A stretch of DNA of 64,000 nucleotides, from NCBI RefSeq assembly GCF_000315625.1, contig NW_005434640.1, forward strand, positions 194,270-258,269. Direction: 5' to 3'. Below the pieces are notes generated by a model. It was not told where the DNA came from. It saw nothing but the letters and a program-made list of their open reading frames with translations, and made no database searches. Numbering within the stretch: the stretch's first letter is position 1; each line of letters opens with the position of its first letter. Positions 24,091 through 37,640 of this stretch are shown here, piece after piece. This stretch comes from Guillardia theta CCMP2712 (Eukaryota > Protista > Cryptophyta). Both the position numbers and the translations under genes were made by a program.

Positions 24091-25595
24091 ATGGACGCGA
24101 CGGGGAAGCCGCAGCTGATGGAGCACATCAACAAGAGCCTGACGCTCACGATGTGAGATGAAGAGGAGCGAAGATGAGACGATGAAGATCCTGATGATTT
24201 CGCATATAAGAGATATGGGTGCCGACACTGCTGAATGTTGCGTTTGTTGGAGGATATTTTTGTTCAGATCGTTGGGAACACGAGTGTTCCGTAAGAGTGC
24301 GAATGTGTCGATGTCATCAGCAGATAAAAATATTTGTGATCTCTCAGATGAGGCTGGATGTTTGAAATCTTTCTGTTCGATACATGTTTTATCCTGACAT
24401 TCTGTCCACAGCAACGACGTGCGGTGGGTGCCGTGCAGCGCTAGGTTCGTGCTGCTTGGCAGCCATGCTCGGGGGACAGGAGCGATGCAGGTTTATGCCC
24501 TCAATCATGGGAAGCTGGACATCATGGTAGATACAGAGAAGCAGCATGGCTTCAAGTGCGGGACCTTCGGGGCGTCGAGTCTGGAGGAGAGGCACTTTGC
24601 GACGGGCGACTGGGACGGGAGGATGGCTCTATGGAACCTTGAGCACGTGGACCTTCCTGTCTTCTCGGTGAAGGCGCACACCGGTATGATCAACAGCATC
24701 GACGGGTGCGGGGGGCTCGGTATCGGCTTCGGGGCGCCAGAGATTGTAACGGGAGGGCGGGACGGGGCAGTGAAGGTGTGGGACCCTCGGCAGAAGAACG
24801 ACCCAGTGGCGAGCTTGGAGCCGAAAAATGAGGAGATTGCGAGGGATTGCTGGACCGTTTGCTTCGGGAACAGGTGGAGCATGGAGATATAAGGAGGAGG
24901 AAAGGACGGAGGCGTCTGAAAGCTTTTCTGGCAGCTATAACGATGAGGAGCGGTGCGTCTGCGCAGGGTACGATAACGGGGATGTCAAGCTTTATGACCT
25001 TCGAACGAACCAGATTAGGTGGAAGCATTTGGTTTCTGTGCCGGCTGTGCTGTGGTCTCGTCTCGTCTCGTCTTGAATGATGTTGTTGTGACTTGTCGTG
25101 CCTTGTTTGATTGCCTCTTTTATCACTCTGACATTGTTTGGTGTTAACTGACAGGTGGGAGACTAACGTGCGCAACGGTATCTGCTGCCTCGACTTCGAC
25201 CGCAAAGACATCCAGATGAACAAACTGGTAGGAACCAGTCTCCTGGCACCCTTGCCGAGCCGTGACTGTTGCTGTTGCAGGTGGCTGCGACGTTGGAATC
25301 TCAGTTCAAGTTGTTTGACATGAGGTAAGTGTGGATGGTCTGCTGCCCCTACCAGTCGCTCAAGAGCTCCCGCAAGGACGTATCACCCCAAGGAAGGGTA
25401 CGAGAGCTTGACAGAGAAGGCCCACAAGTCGACGGTGACGCTGAGGGAGCGATGCAGGCGATGAGTATGACGATGAGCCGCAGGTTTGGACCTGCAAACA
25501 TCTCCCACAAAACCGCGAGGTGAGAGAGAGGAGGGGGAGTTAAGGGGGAGAAGGAAGAGGAGGCCAGGGAAGGTTTTGATGGGTGAGAGGGGATT

Positions 25596-25644
<49 letters not shown>

Positions 25645-26771
25645 GGGGCAGAAGAGGTTGCAGACAAGGATTGATGTATCAATGATCAGATCTTCATGAC
25701 CGGAGGAGGCAACGGAAGTATCAATCTGTGCGTGACATCGTCCCTTTTTCTTGCTCCTCTTCCAAGCCCTATCCCTCTTCCACTATCCTACCGTCATTTC
25801 AACTTTGGGTCCCATCTTCCTCTTTCCACGTCTACTCTTCCCTCCCTCTTCCTCCATCCTCTGCTTGTTTCTCTCATCCTTTCGCAGCTACAAATATTCT
25901 TATCCGGCTCAACGAGTCATCAAGGATTCGGAGGGACTTGAAAAAGGGGTGAGTGCCCCCCCACCCCCCCCTTCCTCCTCTTCCTCCTCCTCTTCCCTTC
26001 TCCCCCCGTCCCCCATCCCCACCTTCCTCTTCTCCTTCTCCCTCGTCTTGCCCTGTCCCTCCACCTCTCTCTTCTCCTACTCACTACCTCAGAGTCCACT
26101 CTCTCGCTTGCATCATCCTCCATACCGGCACATTCGCGACATCCCTGCCTCTGTCCTGCCCTCTTCGCTCTCCTCACCTCCTCCCACAGGTGATGGGCAC
26201 ATGCGAGCTACTCAACTCTCGGACATTCTCTACTCAGGTGACCCTCCTCCATACGTCTTCACACCACGACACCCCAACTCGAATCCCCTCCTCTCCTCCT
26301 CCTCCTTTGCTCCTGCTTCTCGACCTCCTTCTCTGTCCGTTCCTCGCCGCCCTCGTTCCATCGTTCTCAGTCTCTTGATCTCTTTCTCTTCCCCACCAAG
26401 TCTGTGTTATCTTGCTCATAATTCGTTCCTGTTTCCTCTCCTCCATCCTCCTCCTCCTATCCCTCTTCTTACTCCTACTCCTGTTGTCTGACGTCGCTGG
26501 TCAGCCCATCAACAGTTTTGACTGGAACGCGGAGAAGGAGGGCCTATGTGTGTTCGGCTCCTTCGATCAGGTCGAGGAAGGGAGGGAGGGAGGGAGAGGG
26601 AGGGAGGGAGGCAGGGAGAGGGAGGCAGGGAGAGGGAGGGAGGGAGGGAGAGGGAGGCAGGGAGGCAGGGAGGCAGGGAGGGGAGGAGGGGAGGAGGTAC
26701 ATGTTGAAACGTAACTAACTTGTCGACAGTGTGTGCGGGTTGGGATCGTGACCAAATTGAATACAGTCTAA
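24091..26771 (+). CDS. WDR92: WD40 repeat protein WDR92 (dynein axonemal assembly factor 10), multi-exon
   Basis: [104 protein letters not shown]. Confidence 0.95.
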
Positions 26772-26946
26772 ACATGATAAGTGAAGAAACCAAAAATGTT
26801 TCGAAGCGCTCCATAGGTCCCCACTCCCTTCCCCTTTCCCCTTCCCCTTCCCTCTTCCACTACGTCCGGCTCTTCTTCTCCTCTACACTTCCTCAAATCA
26901 AGTTCCACAGTTGCCTTGAGGCATTTACTCCTCCGCTTTCATCCCA

Positions 26947-28361
26947 TCACCACTTACTCAGCAGCTCTCTCGCCTCCTCCTGCGCCAGCCGGCTGATCGG
27001 CAGGTCCGAAGGCATTTCCAAGGACTTGCTCAGCCATGCTTTCGCCTCCTCGTCCTTCTTTTCCATCTTGTAGATCTGGCAACATTGTCAACAATCACTC
27101 ATGCATACAACTTTTTCCTCCTCCCTCCTCTGCTCACCTTCCCTAACTGCATACAAGAACTTGCGTTCGGCCAGTGTTGCTGCGCATTCTGAAGACATTC
27201 GATGGCCTGAAAGACCGTAAAAATCCCCCCCCCCCCCCCCCCCTCCTCCTCCTCCTCCTCCTCCTCCTCACCTTCTCATTACTTGCGTGGGGAAAGTTTC
27301 CCAAGTAAAGTGCTTGGAGAGCTTGCCGAGTCACCCATCCCCTATCATCGAGATCATCTCAACTGCTCATACTCCTCTCCCTGCCACTTCCGCCTGACCC
27401 TTGTCCTGGTTCCCTTCTTCTTTTCCGTCTTTCCCTTCCCTCCAGTCCATTTTCCCTTCCCCTTCCCCTTCCCCTTTCCCTTCCACCTCTCCATTCCCTC
27501 TCCGCTTCCTCCTCCTCTACTCACAGCTTCGTGACTCCCGCGTGCCACATCCCTGCACAAACAGCATCACCTCCCACTCTTCCCCTCCCCCATCGCTCCC
27601 TGACTCACCCAGCACGTGCCAGCTCCCGCCATCCGTCGGCTTGATCTCCAGAGCCTTCTCCACGTACTCCTTGATCTCCTTGGCGAGCTTCACCTTCTCC
27701 GTCATACCCACCAGCTCCTGCAGCTTTCCCTTGGCAACCGCCACCGTCCTGTACGTCTCGTGCATCGTTGGGCCCTTTTCCACAGACAGCAGCGCGTCCT
27801 TCTCTGCCAGCCTGTGGACAGTGAGGGTGACGGGAGCATGCTGGGGGGGTGGGCGGTTCGGTTACCGTAGGATCCTCTCCTTCTCCTTAGCATCCTTGGT
27901 CTGGTCGGCCACGTCGCAGCTCCATCTTGCCTTCCGATACAGGGCAGAAGCGCTATCGTCCGCACCTGAAGGAGGTAAGCTTCACTGGCGTGCCTGCTAC
28001 TGGGACGGAAGCCCACCTAGCAGATCGATCGCTGCCTGCAGCTCGCCCTTGGAGTAGAGCTCGTCTGCTTGCTCGAAGATGGTCTGTGGCAAAAGGTATG
28101 TCATGAGGGGATCTGTGCTTCAGAAGCCGAGCGAGGAGAGGCGGCAAGGGAGCTATCGAATGGCGAACTTGAGGGAGGACGATGCCGTCAACAGGGGGGG
28201 GGAGGACCAAGAGCAAGAGCCGGAGCGAGAGCTAGAGCTAGAGCTAGAGCCAGAGCTAGAGCAGCAACAGCAACAGCAACAGCAACCAGCAACCAGCAAC
28301 CAGACAAGGACGAGGAAGGGGGTCAAGGGGCAGTAGGGCGCAAGTAGGAACTCACCGCCAT
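26947..28361 (-). CDS. Regulator of microtubule dynamics (RMD/FAM82)-like TPR protein, multi-exon
   Basis: FEQADELY, LHWR, KVKLAKEIKEYVEKALEIKPTDGGSWHVLG, EAKAWLSKSLEMP...AQEEARELL. Confidence 0.75.
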
Positions 28362-28480
28362 GGCGGTGCTGATGATCAGGGTACTCTGTAACCTTTTTGA
28401 TTCCCCCTAAGTCACATCATGGTACCCTGACCGGCTCCTTGCTACTTATGATTTCACTTAACTTTGAGTAAATGATAATA

Positions 28481-28630
28481 CCGGATGGGAACCACGGCGC
28501 CGACCAGTGCCGGGCCGGGCCCGGGACGGTGGCCGCCGCTCACTGAGAGTCAGGGCCCGGAGTCCGGCCGGGCAGCGCCGTCCTGGCCCGGGTCACCCCG
28601 GTCACCGGGACCGTGGGCACGTGAGCGGCA
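28481..28630. other. GC-rich CCGG/GAGTC intergenic island
   Basis: Dense ccgg/ggcc/cccggg words with GAGTC at 28547 and 28560. Similar patches at 33620-33890, 44195-44275 and 46050-46390. Confidence 0.6.
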
Positions 28631-29003
28631 CCAAAACTTAACTTGGAGTGCTGGTGGTGGAGGTGGTTATGGAGATGTTCGTAAGATTGATCATTAGCAA
28701 TACAGTACGGTGTCAGTTCCGAAGTTCAATGGTTGGGCAGCCGGGTACAGGAGGTGGTGATGGAAATGGTAGCCTGAGGTGGTGGAGGTGATGGTTTGTC
28801 TGCGATATTTAGCGCAGTTGGAATAACAACCAATAAGGTTGATAGCATTGTGATTGCTGCTTGTGCTGGTGGTGGAGGTGGGAAGGGTACTGACGTCTGA
28901 GTAATATCAGTCACAGTTACAGTATCATGGCACCAGAGAACTTCAGAGAGCCTCACGAGTACAGAGCCGCGCGTTATACTAGTTCATCGAATCATATATA
29001 GTG

Positions 29004-32000
29004 TTATGCGTTTACAGGTGAGGCACGTGATAGCCCGGGGCTGCCTGAGTCTCCCAATCGACTCCATCGTTTCTTCTTGAACCTGCAGAGCCTCCAGAAA
29101 GCCTGGATCTCCCTTGCGCTGTGCTCTTCCGCCTTGCTCAGCTGCGACTGGGTGATGGCCTTCAAGCACTCCTTCTCCTCGTTGGTCAGCAGCACATGGG
29201 CCTCGTCGCGGAGGAGGGCGCTTTCGAACCCGAGGAACTCAGTGGCAGCGTAGTCCATCTTGCGCGAGTAGAAGAGGCACCGGCGGGAGCGTTGGTTGGC
29301 CTTGTAGAAGATGCCCTGGTTGCACAGGTTGTTGAGCTCCTCCATTACATGCAACGCAGCATGCGCGCTTTGCAGCTTCGTGAAGGCGATGGAGAGGACG
29401 ACGGTGGGGAAGGGAAGGTCGAGCGAGCAGATGGCTCCAACCATGCTGTGAGACTTGGCGAAGAAGCTTGCGTACTTGATGATCAGCTGGCAGCGGGGAC
29501 GGAGGGTCTCAAACTCTGCCAGCACCGCGCTGTACATCTTGAGAGGGAGCTTGATATGCATCAGCTGCTCCTGCGAGGCATGCAGGACGAGCTCGTGGTC
29601 TCCGAGGACCTCGACAGCGCTTGTGGGCCCGACGCCCGGCTGGACGAAAGCATCCTTCTTGAGCAGAGTCATGATCAGCTCCTTTATGTGCTTCGGGTTT
29701 CCTGCCGCCCTCTGAGAGATGGACCTGCCGAGCTCGAACGGGATGTCTCGCTCTTCAATCTGGTGCCCTGTGACAACACTGAAGACCTTGCAAGCGTATT
29801 CCATCCTCCGATGATGCGTGAACGGCACGAGCTTCAAGCAGTTGCCAGCCTCCTCGACCTCCTGCAGAAGATCTTTGACGTGAGATTGCTCAGATTCGTG
29901 CAACAGACGGGAAGCTATGCAGAAGATGACGTTATGGGTGTTTCGATTCAATTGACTCGCAATGATCCAAAATTCCTTTCCGAACGAACGGTGAGAGTCT
30001 GTGCCTGTCTGCAAGTGAATGATGATCATGATGGGCTGAACTCTAGCAAAGCTTTGGATGAGAATGACTATCATCTCAGCGATCCTCAAACGTTTCTCTT
30101 CGCTTGAAATCTTGACAGAAACATCATCATTCACTGGTAGCCTGTTGCCTTGTCCCTGATTGATTGTGAATATGGAATTCAAATATCCTGCATATGGCAA
30201 ATAGAAACCTCCCTGCTCTTCGCTGAAACAATCCAAAACCCATTCGACATAATCCCTCTTTCCAAGTTTCTCGCGGGCCGCAGACGCCAGCTTGTTCATG
30301 ATTGAATTCCACTCTCCGAAGCAGAGACGGTATTTCTCGAACTCTTCGTCGCAATCGTGCTTGTGCCCGTTGGTTTGTAGCTTGTTGTAACACATCAACA
30401 GAGATTCCATCAAGACAAAGGATGACTTGTGCAAGAGAGGTGCACACATCTTTGGTGATTGCTGTCCTGGGCCACCCCTGCTAGGTTCCGTCAGTTCGTG
30501 GATGTAATCCTCATTCCTGAAAACATTCAAGGATAGATCATGTCCCAATCTTTCAAGTTTGCCCACGATTTCAGCTTTGCCGCTCCCTCGTCCTCCAGTT
30601 ATTAATATGGTGCCGCCAGGAAACGATTCAGATTTCCCGTTCATCATTTTCTCAATCATTTGTCTCAGATTGTGCAACTCTACATCTCGCCCTGGCAACA
30701 ACTCCTTCATCTTTAACTTCAGCTTCTCGGCTTCTACTTCTACTTCATTTATAGAGGAAGTTCTTGCGGCCACGACTTGCAGCTGGAAGACTGGATATGG
30801 TTCCGAGAGACCCTTCAACTTCAAACGACCGTTGTCACCAATGCCAGGAACCTCGGGCGGCCGAAATTCCAATACGCTGATATTATCCCTTAATCTCCGC
30901 CTTTCTAACATGCAGCACCTTTTTGTTTCTGGACATACCAAGATGCCTCTTTCTCCGCCGTACTTTTCAGCTTTAGACATCAATCTTGCTGCAATGTTGA
31001 CGGTGTTTCCCATGATCTGACATGTAGCAGGTGAGATAGCGCCGATATAACATATCAGATTACCGTATATTCTCTACGTATGTGGGAGCCGACAACGCAG
31101 CATAGAGCCTCCCCGGTGGTCACGCCAATATTGCAACTGATTCCATTGCCCAGATTTTGGATATTGAAAAAGATGTCTTGTGCGGCACCGACTGCACGAA
31201 CAGGATCGTCCGAATGCAATGGCATGGGAGGGATACCAAAGCCGATGACGATCACGAGACCTTTTTCGTCACAGAGCACCTTGTTGACGCTTCCCTCCCA
31301 TCGATAGCAGCTCTCTTGTACTCTTAGCATCATTCTCTGAAGAAAACAATCAACAACCTCACGAAGTCATGTTGGGAAACAATTACCTGTCCAATGCTGA
31401 CTGCATTTCCCATATCGCCATTTTCATCGGGCAACATATTAATATTATTCACCTTCACAAAGAGCACGCATATTCTTCGGAGTTCGGCAAAGTCTGTCTT
31501 GAGATGACTTTGTAATCTTCGCACAATGTTTGGGGGGATGTAGTGCTCCAACAGTCTTGCGGTCTGCGCCTCCAACTCTGGCCTCGGCTCATATTCAGGC
31601 TTTTGTATTCGCTCGATGCTGTCAACAATTACATAGCCCGGAGCGTTCTTTTCTTCTGCAACTTCATGTCCATCCGCAATGTCCTTGACGTAATTCCATG
31701 CTGAAGGAGAGATACACGTCTGGTTGCTCTCTGCAGCAGGCTCTGCTATGCTGACTTGATCGATTGGAGGCCCGCAAACAACATACTCCCAACGCGATAA
31801 AACCCCTCCCATATGAACCACTGACAACCTCCCACACCCTATTCCAATGTGCAGCCGCAGTTCAATCGCTTCGCCCTCGTCCTCAAAAGCCAAAAACTTG
31901 TCCAATTTCTGTAAGAAACAGAAACGTGTCAGAGACCAGATTGACTAAAATCTGACTTCTCAGCAAGATCAGAAACAGGCAAATCAATACCTCGTGAAGT

Positions 32001-32884
32001 TCGATCGAACATTGAACTGCTCTAGCCACAGCTAACTGAAAGCTGTTCGCAACAAAGTTCTGCACAGGCTGCGACTCATCAATAGGGAAGATTACACAGA
32101 CAGCATCTCCAGCAAACTTCACGACGTCCCCGCCATAATCAGTGACAATCTGAATGAGGGTTGCAAAGAAGGAGTTCAAAACACTGCAAAGCCTTTCCGC
32201 GCCGTCAGAGAATCTGTAAAGGCGACAAACACAAAGCAATCAATGCAACTCATCACCCCAAAACAATTATGAAAGACTCACACAGCTAGACGTTGAGCCA
32301 GCCTTGTAAACCCTGATGTATCGGCAAAGAGCACAGCACAGTCCACCACTCCACCCCTTGGCTGTAAACTGTTCAAACCTTGCACTGAGGTCTGGAGGAG
32401 ACGAGAAACAAACGGGCAATACACAGACCAGTCCGTCCCATCTCTATTAGCTGGTAGTTCTTGTGTCAACTGCATGTGAAAGTCTTCATTTTTGATACGA
32501 CAAACCCCGGCGGTTTCTTCGCTTTCAAACACCGAGGCTCGTTTGAACGACACCTGCCGAAGGTGTCTTCTGCCAAAGCTCATGGCTGATTGTAGGATTC
32601 CAACAAGGTTCTCACTACTATTCGAATTTCAGATCACACCAGTGTGTCCTGTGATGGACATGCCAGTAACTATTGCACGGAGCATTCAATGTGACCACTT
32701 GCTGCGAAACAGTTGTAGCTCCATGCAGTTGTCAATGGGGAACCCTTCTTCTCTCATGAAGCCTTCGCTGTCTAGTGCAGGAACCAACAGTTGAAACTTA
32801 TCTTTGATTCACAGTGCTATGTCGCCTTCAAATGAGACATTGGTAAACTTATCACCTGTTGCGGGAAGTCGCGTTTGCTTTCAT
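29004..32884 (-). CDS. Soluble-type (ADCY10/sAC-like) class III adenylyl cyclase with tandem cyclase domains, P-loop region and C-terminal IQ-like motif (5' end approximate)
   Basis: C1: VLFADTSGFT, YGGDVVKFAGDA, LRLHIGIGCG. C2: AELRRICVLFV, GSVNKVLCDEKG, IGVTTG, REYT|IMGNTVNIAARLM. Walker-A-like ITGGRGSGKA. IQAFWRLCRFKKK near the C-terminus. Confidence 0.9.
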
Positions 32885-33054
32885 ATCCTCGCCCCCCCGG
32901 CTAGTATCCCTCTCTGCTCATCAGGATCATTCCTTCATCCACCATTCTCCTCCCGCCATCAGCCTTCGCTGCCGCAGTGCTCTCCCCGCTCAGTCCTCTA
33001 TGCGGTTCGTCGCCCTCAACAGCCGCCGCCTGCCATGAACATTTCGACGCAGCA

Positions 33055-33385
33055 CACCCACCCCCTCAAACGCCAAGTCTTCACTGAAGACGGTACTACC
33101 CACCCCTACCATTTGCGACTCTCTCAAACCCTTTTCCCCACTACACACCCGCTACCACTTCAGTATGGTACCCACCCTACCTCCGGACGCTTGCACACCC
33201 CTCACACTATCATAAAATCCCGTGATTATGCACCCCCACCCCCAAATAAAATCATGTGACCCCACCCCATCCCCACCCTAACCCACCCCTACCTACATTT
33301 GTAGCCATCCTCTCATTCGAGTCGGAAATACTCACTCACCGGATCTGCACAATCACCCCTACCAACTGCTACCACCCACCCTTTC
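33055..33385 (-). promoter_or_regulatory. Cluster of GGGGT(A/G)GGG(TA) motifs upstream of the cyclase gene (putative promoter element)
   Basis: Repeated tacccacccctacc and cccaccccac on +, so G-runs lie on the - strand, which is the strand of the adjacent downstream gene. Confidence 0.45.
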
Positions 33386-33619
33386 CAACTCCACCAGAGC
33401 CCTTTTGACGACCGGTCGCAGTACTAGATACGTGCCAGGCAGGGTCCTGTGCTTGTGGGTCCTAGAAGGTCTAGAAAACCTGGTCCTACAATTAACTAAG
33501 ACCTCCTATGAATGTTCCGGTTATTTGTAAAGAGGTCAAGGTCCCTCATCCGCGTCGCTGCCTTTTCCTTGTACGCCTAATAGGAGGGTAGAGTGCCTGC
33601 AGCTGCCTACCCAGCATTG

Positions 33620-33890
33620 CAGTGTGCGGGCCCGGCACCCTGGCCGGAGTCGGCGACGCCCGCCGGGCCGCTGCTTAGCCGGGCGGCCTGTGTGATTACT
33701 CAAAGACGGTTATCAAAGTTGGACTCGCCGGACTCAGTGGGCCGGCGGCGGTCGGGTGACCAGCCTCAGTAGTGTCGAGTCACAATGACTCACGGTTTTT
33801 TATCACTCAGTGACTGGCCCCAAACTTGCCTCCGACTCGGCGAGGCCCTCGCCGCATATCATTGATCACGGCGCACAGCGGCGCGGCGGC
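33620..33890. other. GC-rich CCGG/GACTC intergenic island
   Basis: GACTC/GAGTC at 33647, 33722, 33731, 33777, 33787 and 33834. TGACTCA at 33786-33792. Confidence 0.6.
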
Positions 33891-33891
33891 T

Positions 33892-35297
33892 TCACATGAA
33901 GTCAACTTCTCCATCAGAGTCTACTTCAAGCTCCCCTGCTTTCGTCATATTCGACTCGTCGTAGAGCCTGCAGGAAGTCAAGACGACACACTTACGGCAG
34001 TGACAGCCTCCTCTTCATCCCCTCCCCGCCCCCCTCACCTGTTGTAAGAGCGAGCCTCCTTCTCCTCCTTCCACTACACGCACAGCGTCAGAACGAGCAC
34101 GGGACGACACGGCAGACAGACTTTCTTCTCCTGCTCCTCGCGTTCAATCCTTGCCTTCTCGGCGATACGGGCTGCCTCTGCCTTATCCTCCTTCTGTCGC
34201 TTCATGAGATCAGCCTGGGAAGGACAAGGTCAGAACAGGAGGAGGAGGATGGAGCACAAGGGCTGACCTCGAGGTCAACCTCAACCCATTTCTTCGTTTT
34301 CTCTAGCCCTGCCGTGGGAGGAGTCAAAGAGTACGAGGAGATGTGAAAGGAGGACAAGCAAGCATAGTTAACGGCACGCATTGAGCAAGCATCAAAGCAG
34401 AGCATCTCAGAGGGCCCTGGAAGGGCTTGCCACTTCAATCCTCCACAACTTACGGTTCACTATCTCATTTTTCCGGGTCTGAACCTTCTCCTTGAACACC
34501 ATGTTTTGATCATGAAAGCCAACCTGCAAGCACGGTTCGTCAGATCCCTCCTGCACAGGCCCCGTTCTCTTCCCACCTGTCCTGTGTCCATCCCCTGACT
34601 CTTCCTCAGGTTGCTGGCAGGAGTGAAGACCACAGTGATCTGGTAAGGCCTGCTGTCAAAGACTTGCTGGGGGGGGTTGGCAGGAAGCAAACGTTGTCAA
34701 GCTTGTTTCCCTTGATTGAGTTTGCTTTCACCAGCTGACAGCACTCCTCGACAACCTGCATTGATTAGTCAGCTCCTTGGAATGGCGAGAAGAAGAGTGC
34801 GGAGGGGGGATGGGCGGGAAGAGCAGGAAATCATGGTGGAGGAGCAGGAGGTACAGGAAAGGATGAGAGCATGAGAATCATGAGCAACGCGAACATGACC
34901 GCAACCAGCAAGGGAGCAAGGAGGAGGGGCAGGACGGCTAGCAAGGAGGAGGGGCAGGACGGCTCACTTTGGGATCGATGTTCTTGTACCATTCTTTTCC
35001 TGCCAGGTGGCTACCTCTGAGGGCCCACAGTGAGGAAGGCGACCGGAGAGGGCGGGTAAAAACATGGAAACCTTGGAAGGCGAATGTAGACGTGTGCTGA
35101 AGACTCCTTGTCGACGTGATACCAGACGTCCTCCGGCCAGGCAAACTTGATGAGGTCATCATTTTCATACTTATCCTTCCCCATGTACAAGAGGTAGCCC
35201 TCTGGCGCTGCCATAGGGGAGGAGTGAGAGGCTGTGGTCATGCAGGATGGCCCGACAAACCTGCATCGCAGGGGCTGGAAGTGAAGTGGAAAACCAT
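33892..35297 (-). CDS. CCDC25: Coiled-coil domain-containing protein 25 (NFACT-R/DUF814 family), multi-exon
   Basis: MVFHFTS...[69 protein letters not shown]. Ends VDFM*. Confidence 0.95.
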
Positions 35298-36456
35298 CCC
35301 AGTTCGTCGGTATGACCTGGCGTGAACAAATACTTAGATCATCAGAGGGCAGCAGGAGAGAATGAGAGGGAGGCAGAGACAGGCAGAGACAGGCAGAGAC
35401 AGGGGAGAGGGAAGGGGCGGGGGGGATAGAAAAAGACGGTCATAGATACTCAAACAAATCAACACATCATCGATTGCTTGTTTAAGCAAGCAGTTGTACA
35501 ACAGTCAACAAGTTTGAGTCACAATGACATAATCCCTTCAATCAACCATTCATCATGATTGGGCTTGCCGCCTTCCTATACTATTACTCAGTCCACATCT
35601 CTCCCGTTCTCTCAGGTTTATCTCTTAGTGTCAGTCGGCATACAAAGTGATTTGAAGCTGTGTGTGATCGCATACAGTAACAAGAAGTCTCTTCATACTC
35701 CTGATCCTATCAGCCACCACCATCTTTCCTCCTCCTCGCAGCATAGCTCCACTTTGCCTCCTCCTCCTCCCTGCCTCCATTCTCACGCACTGGTCGGGAC
35801 CATCACTCAATTATTCTAGTGAGTCCGCCGGGCAGCTGAGCAGAGAGACAGAAAACTTCAATACAGAGAAAATACTATATTCTATTTGCTGCCGCTGGGA
35901 GTTTGAAGGAAATCATGGAGTGGTGAGGTGGGTAACGATGAACAGGAAGCATAGATAGAGGCAGGAGCAGCAGGAGAAGCAGGAGAAGCAGGGGCAGGGG
36001 CAGGGGCAGGGGCAGGGGCAGGAGCAGAACGAGCAGGCACTGAAACAAATTTGAATCAGGAGCAGCAGAAGTAGGACGATGAAGGTGGAGCCGAGGAAGA
36101 GGACTAGGTAGAGGGGAAACGAGATAGCAGGGGTGTTGGGAGATTGAATTTTTCCCTGAGGGCTATGGGAGGACTGCGAGATAAGGTGGAGAGGGAGGGA
36201 GGGATGGAGGGAGCAGAGGGGAAGGAGAGAGAGAAGGAGAGGGAGAAACGGAAAGGGTTCGTCCTCGTGTCTACATCGTCATGCAAACAGGAGTTTACTA
36301 GATTCCATCATATCAAAATTTTGCCGGTGATGGTTGGCAGTGTGACAGCTGTTTCTGTGCAGCAGTCGGGCAGTGGCAGAGACCGTCGTGATCTCGTCCA
36401 TGGACGCGTGAGGAGGAGGGGAAACTGGGGAGATCAGCTCAAGTCCAAGGAGGAGG

Positions 36457-37640
36457 ATGGACACAGCAGAGGACATGGTCAGCTGTGACGACTTGGGATT
36501 GAACTTCCTGATCTCAGAAGACCGCATCTCGGTGATCTCTGTCTCCGACAACTTCCCTCACGGCAGCACGTCGAGAGCTCCTCAACCCGGGGACACCCTG
36601 ATATGCGTCGATGACTCGCAGAAGAGCATTTATGGATTCCAGTCTCTCAAGAACAAGCTTACCGGTTCCCCTCCCCTCCCCTCCCCTCTTCTCTCTTCCC
36701 CTCTCCTTTTTGTCACTCCCGGTTTTGATGAGCCAACAGAGGTGTTGGAGGAGACAGCAACATTTGTTTTCATGGATGCGGAAGGATCTTTCTTCGACGT
36801 GGTCTTCCAAGGCCGTCCTCGCCCGCCGTCCAACGTCGCCACTGAACTGGTCGAGGAACCTGTCCAGGAACAAGTGCATGAGCATGTAAGCTACAACGAC
36901 GATGAGCATGAGAGGTGTGATCGAGCAGCCATGACAACCGTCCTCTCATCCCTTGCCGCCAGGAGATCTCCTGAGACTGTAGCGTCTCATACCATCAAGC
37001 AACCACCCGGGGAGGAGCCGGCGGTCGGACATGGCAGGGACGTTCGTTGGGCAGTGGAGGCTGATAAGATCATGGTTGCCGCTTGCATCGACTGATCTTC
37101 CGGGTCATGATGGCTTCAACTCCCGCAGGAGCAGGCCAGGCGCAAGATAGAGCAAGCTCTCATGCAGGAGAGGGTTCTTAAGGCAATGCCCATTGCCTCC
37201 TTGCCCTGTGACTGACCTTGATCGCGATCCAAGGACTCGTTGCGGGCGCTGCAAGAGGAGACGGAGGTGAAGAGGGTAGGGTGGTCCCGCTGCCACTGAC
37301 CCCTCCCGTGTTCGAGCAGAGGAAGTCCCGTTCGCAGAGAGAAGCGCAGCTCAGGCTGCAGATGCAACGTGATCCTCCTCCTCTCTTCTCCCTCCTTCTC
37401 CGTCCTCTCTCCCACCCTCCTCTCCCACCACCCTCCTCCTCCTCTGCACCATCATCTCCTCCCTCCTCTCTCGCCTCTCCCTTCCGCCTATCTTCCTCCT
37501 CCTCGTCCCTCCTCTTCTACCTGATGCACGATGATGGCAGTGACTTGAGCCGCAGGGGAACGACTGAAACATCAGCTGCAAGTTGATCAGAGCCGATGGC
37601 AAAGTCGGTGACCGGAAAGGACACAAAGATGCCAGACTAG
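36457..37640 (+). CDS. Hypothetical protein with possible N-terminal PDZ-like domain, multi-exon
   Basis: DDLGLNF...ISVISV...QPGDTLICVDD resembles a PDZ beta-B/beta-D pattern. Short introns. Ends approximate. Confidence 0.45.

Noticed and set aside
33055-33385. Telomeric repeat tract
   Set aside because: The C-rich words are irregular, not tandem, and recur at internal gene starts.
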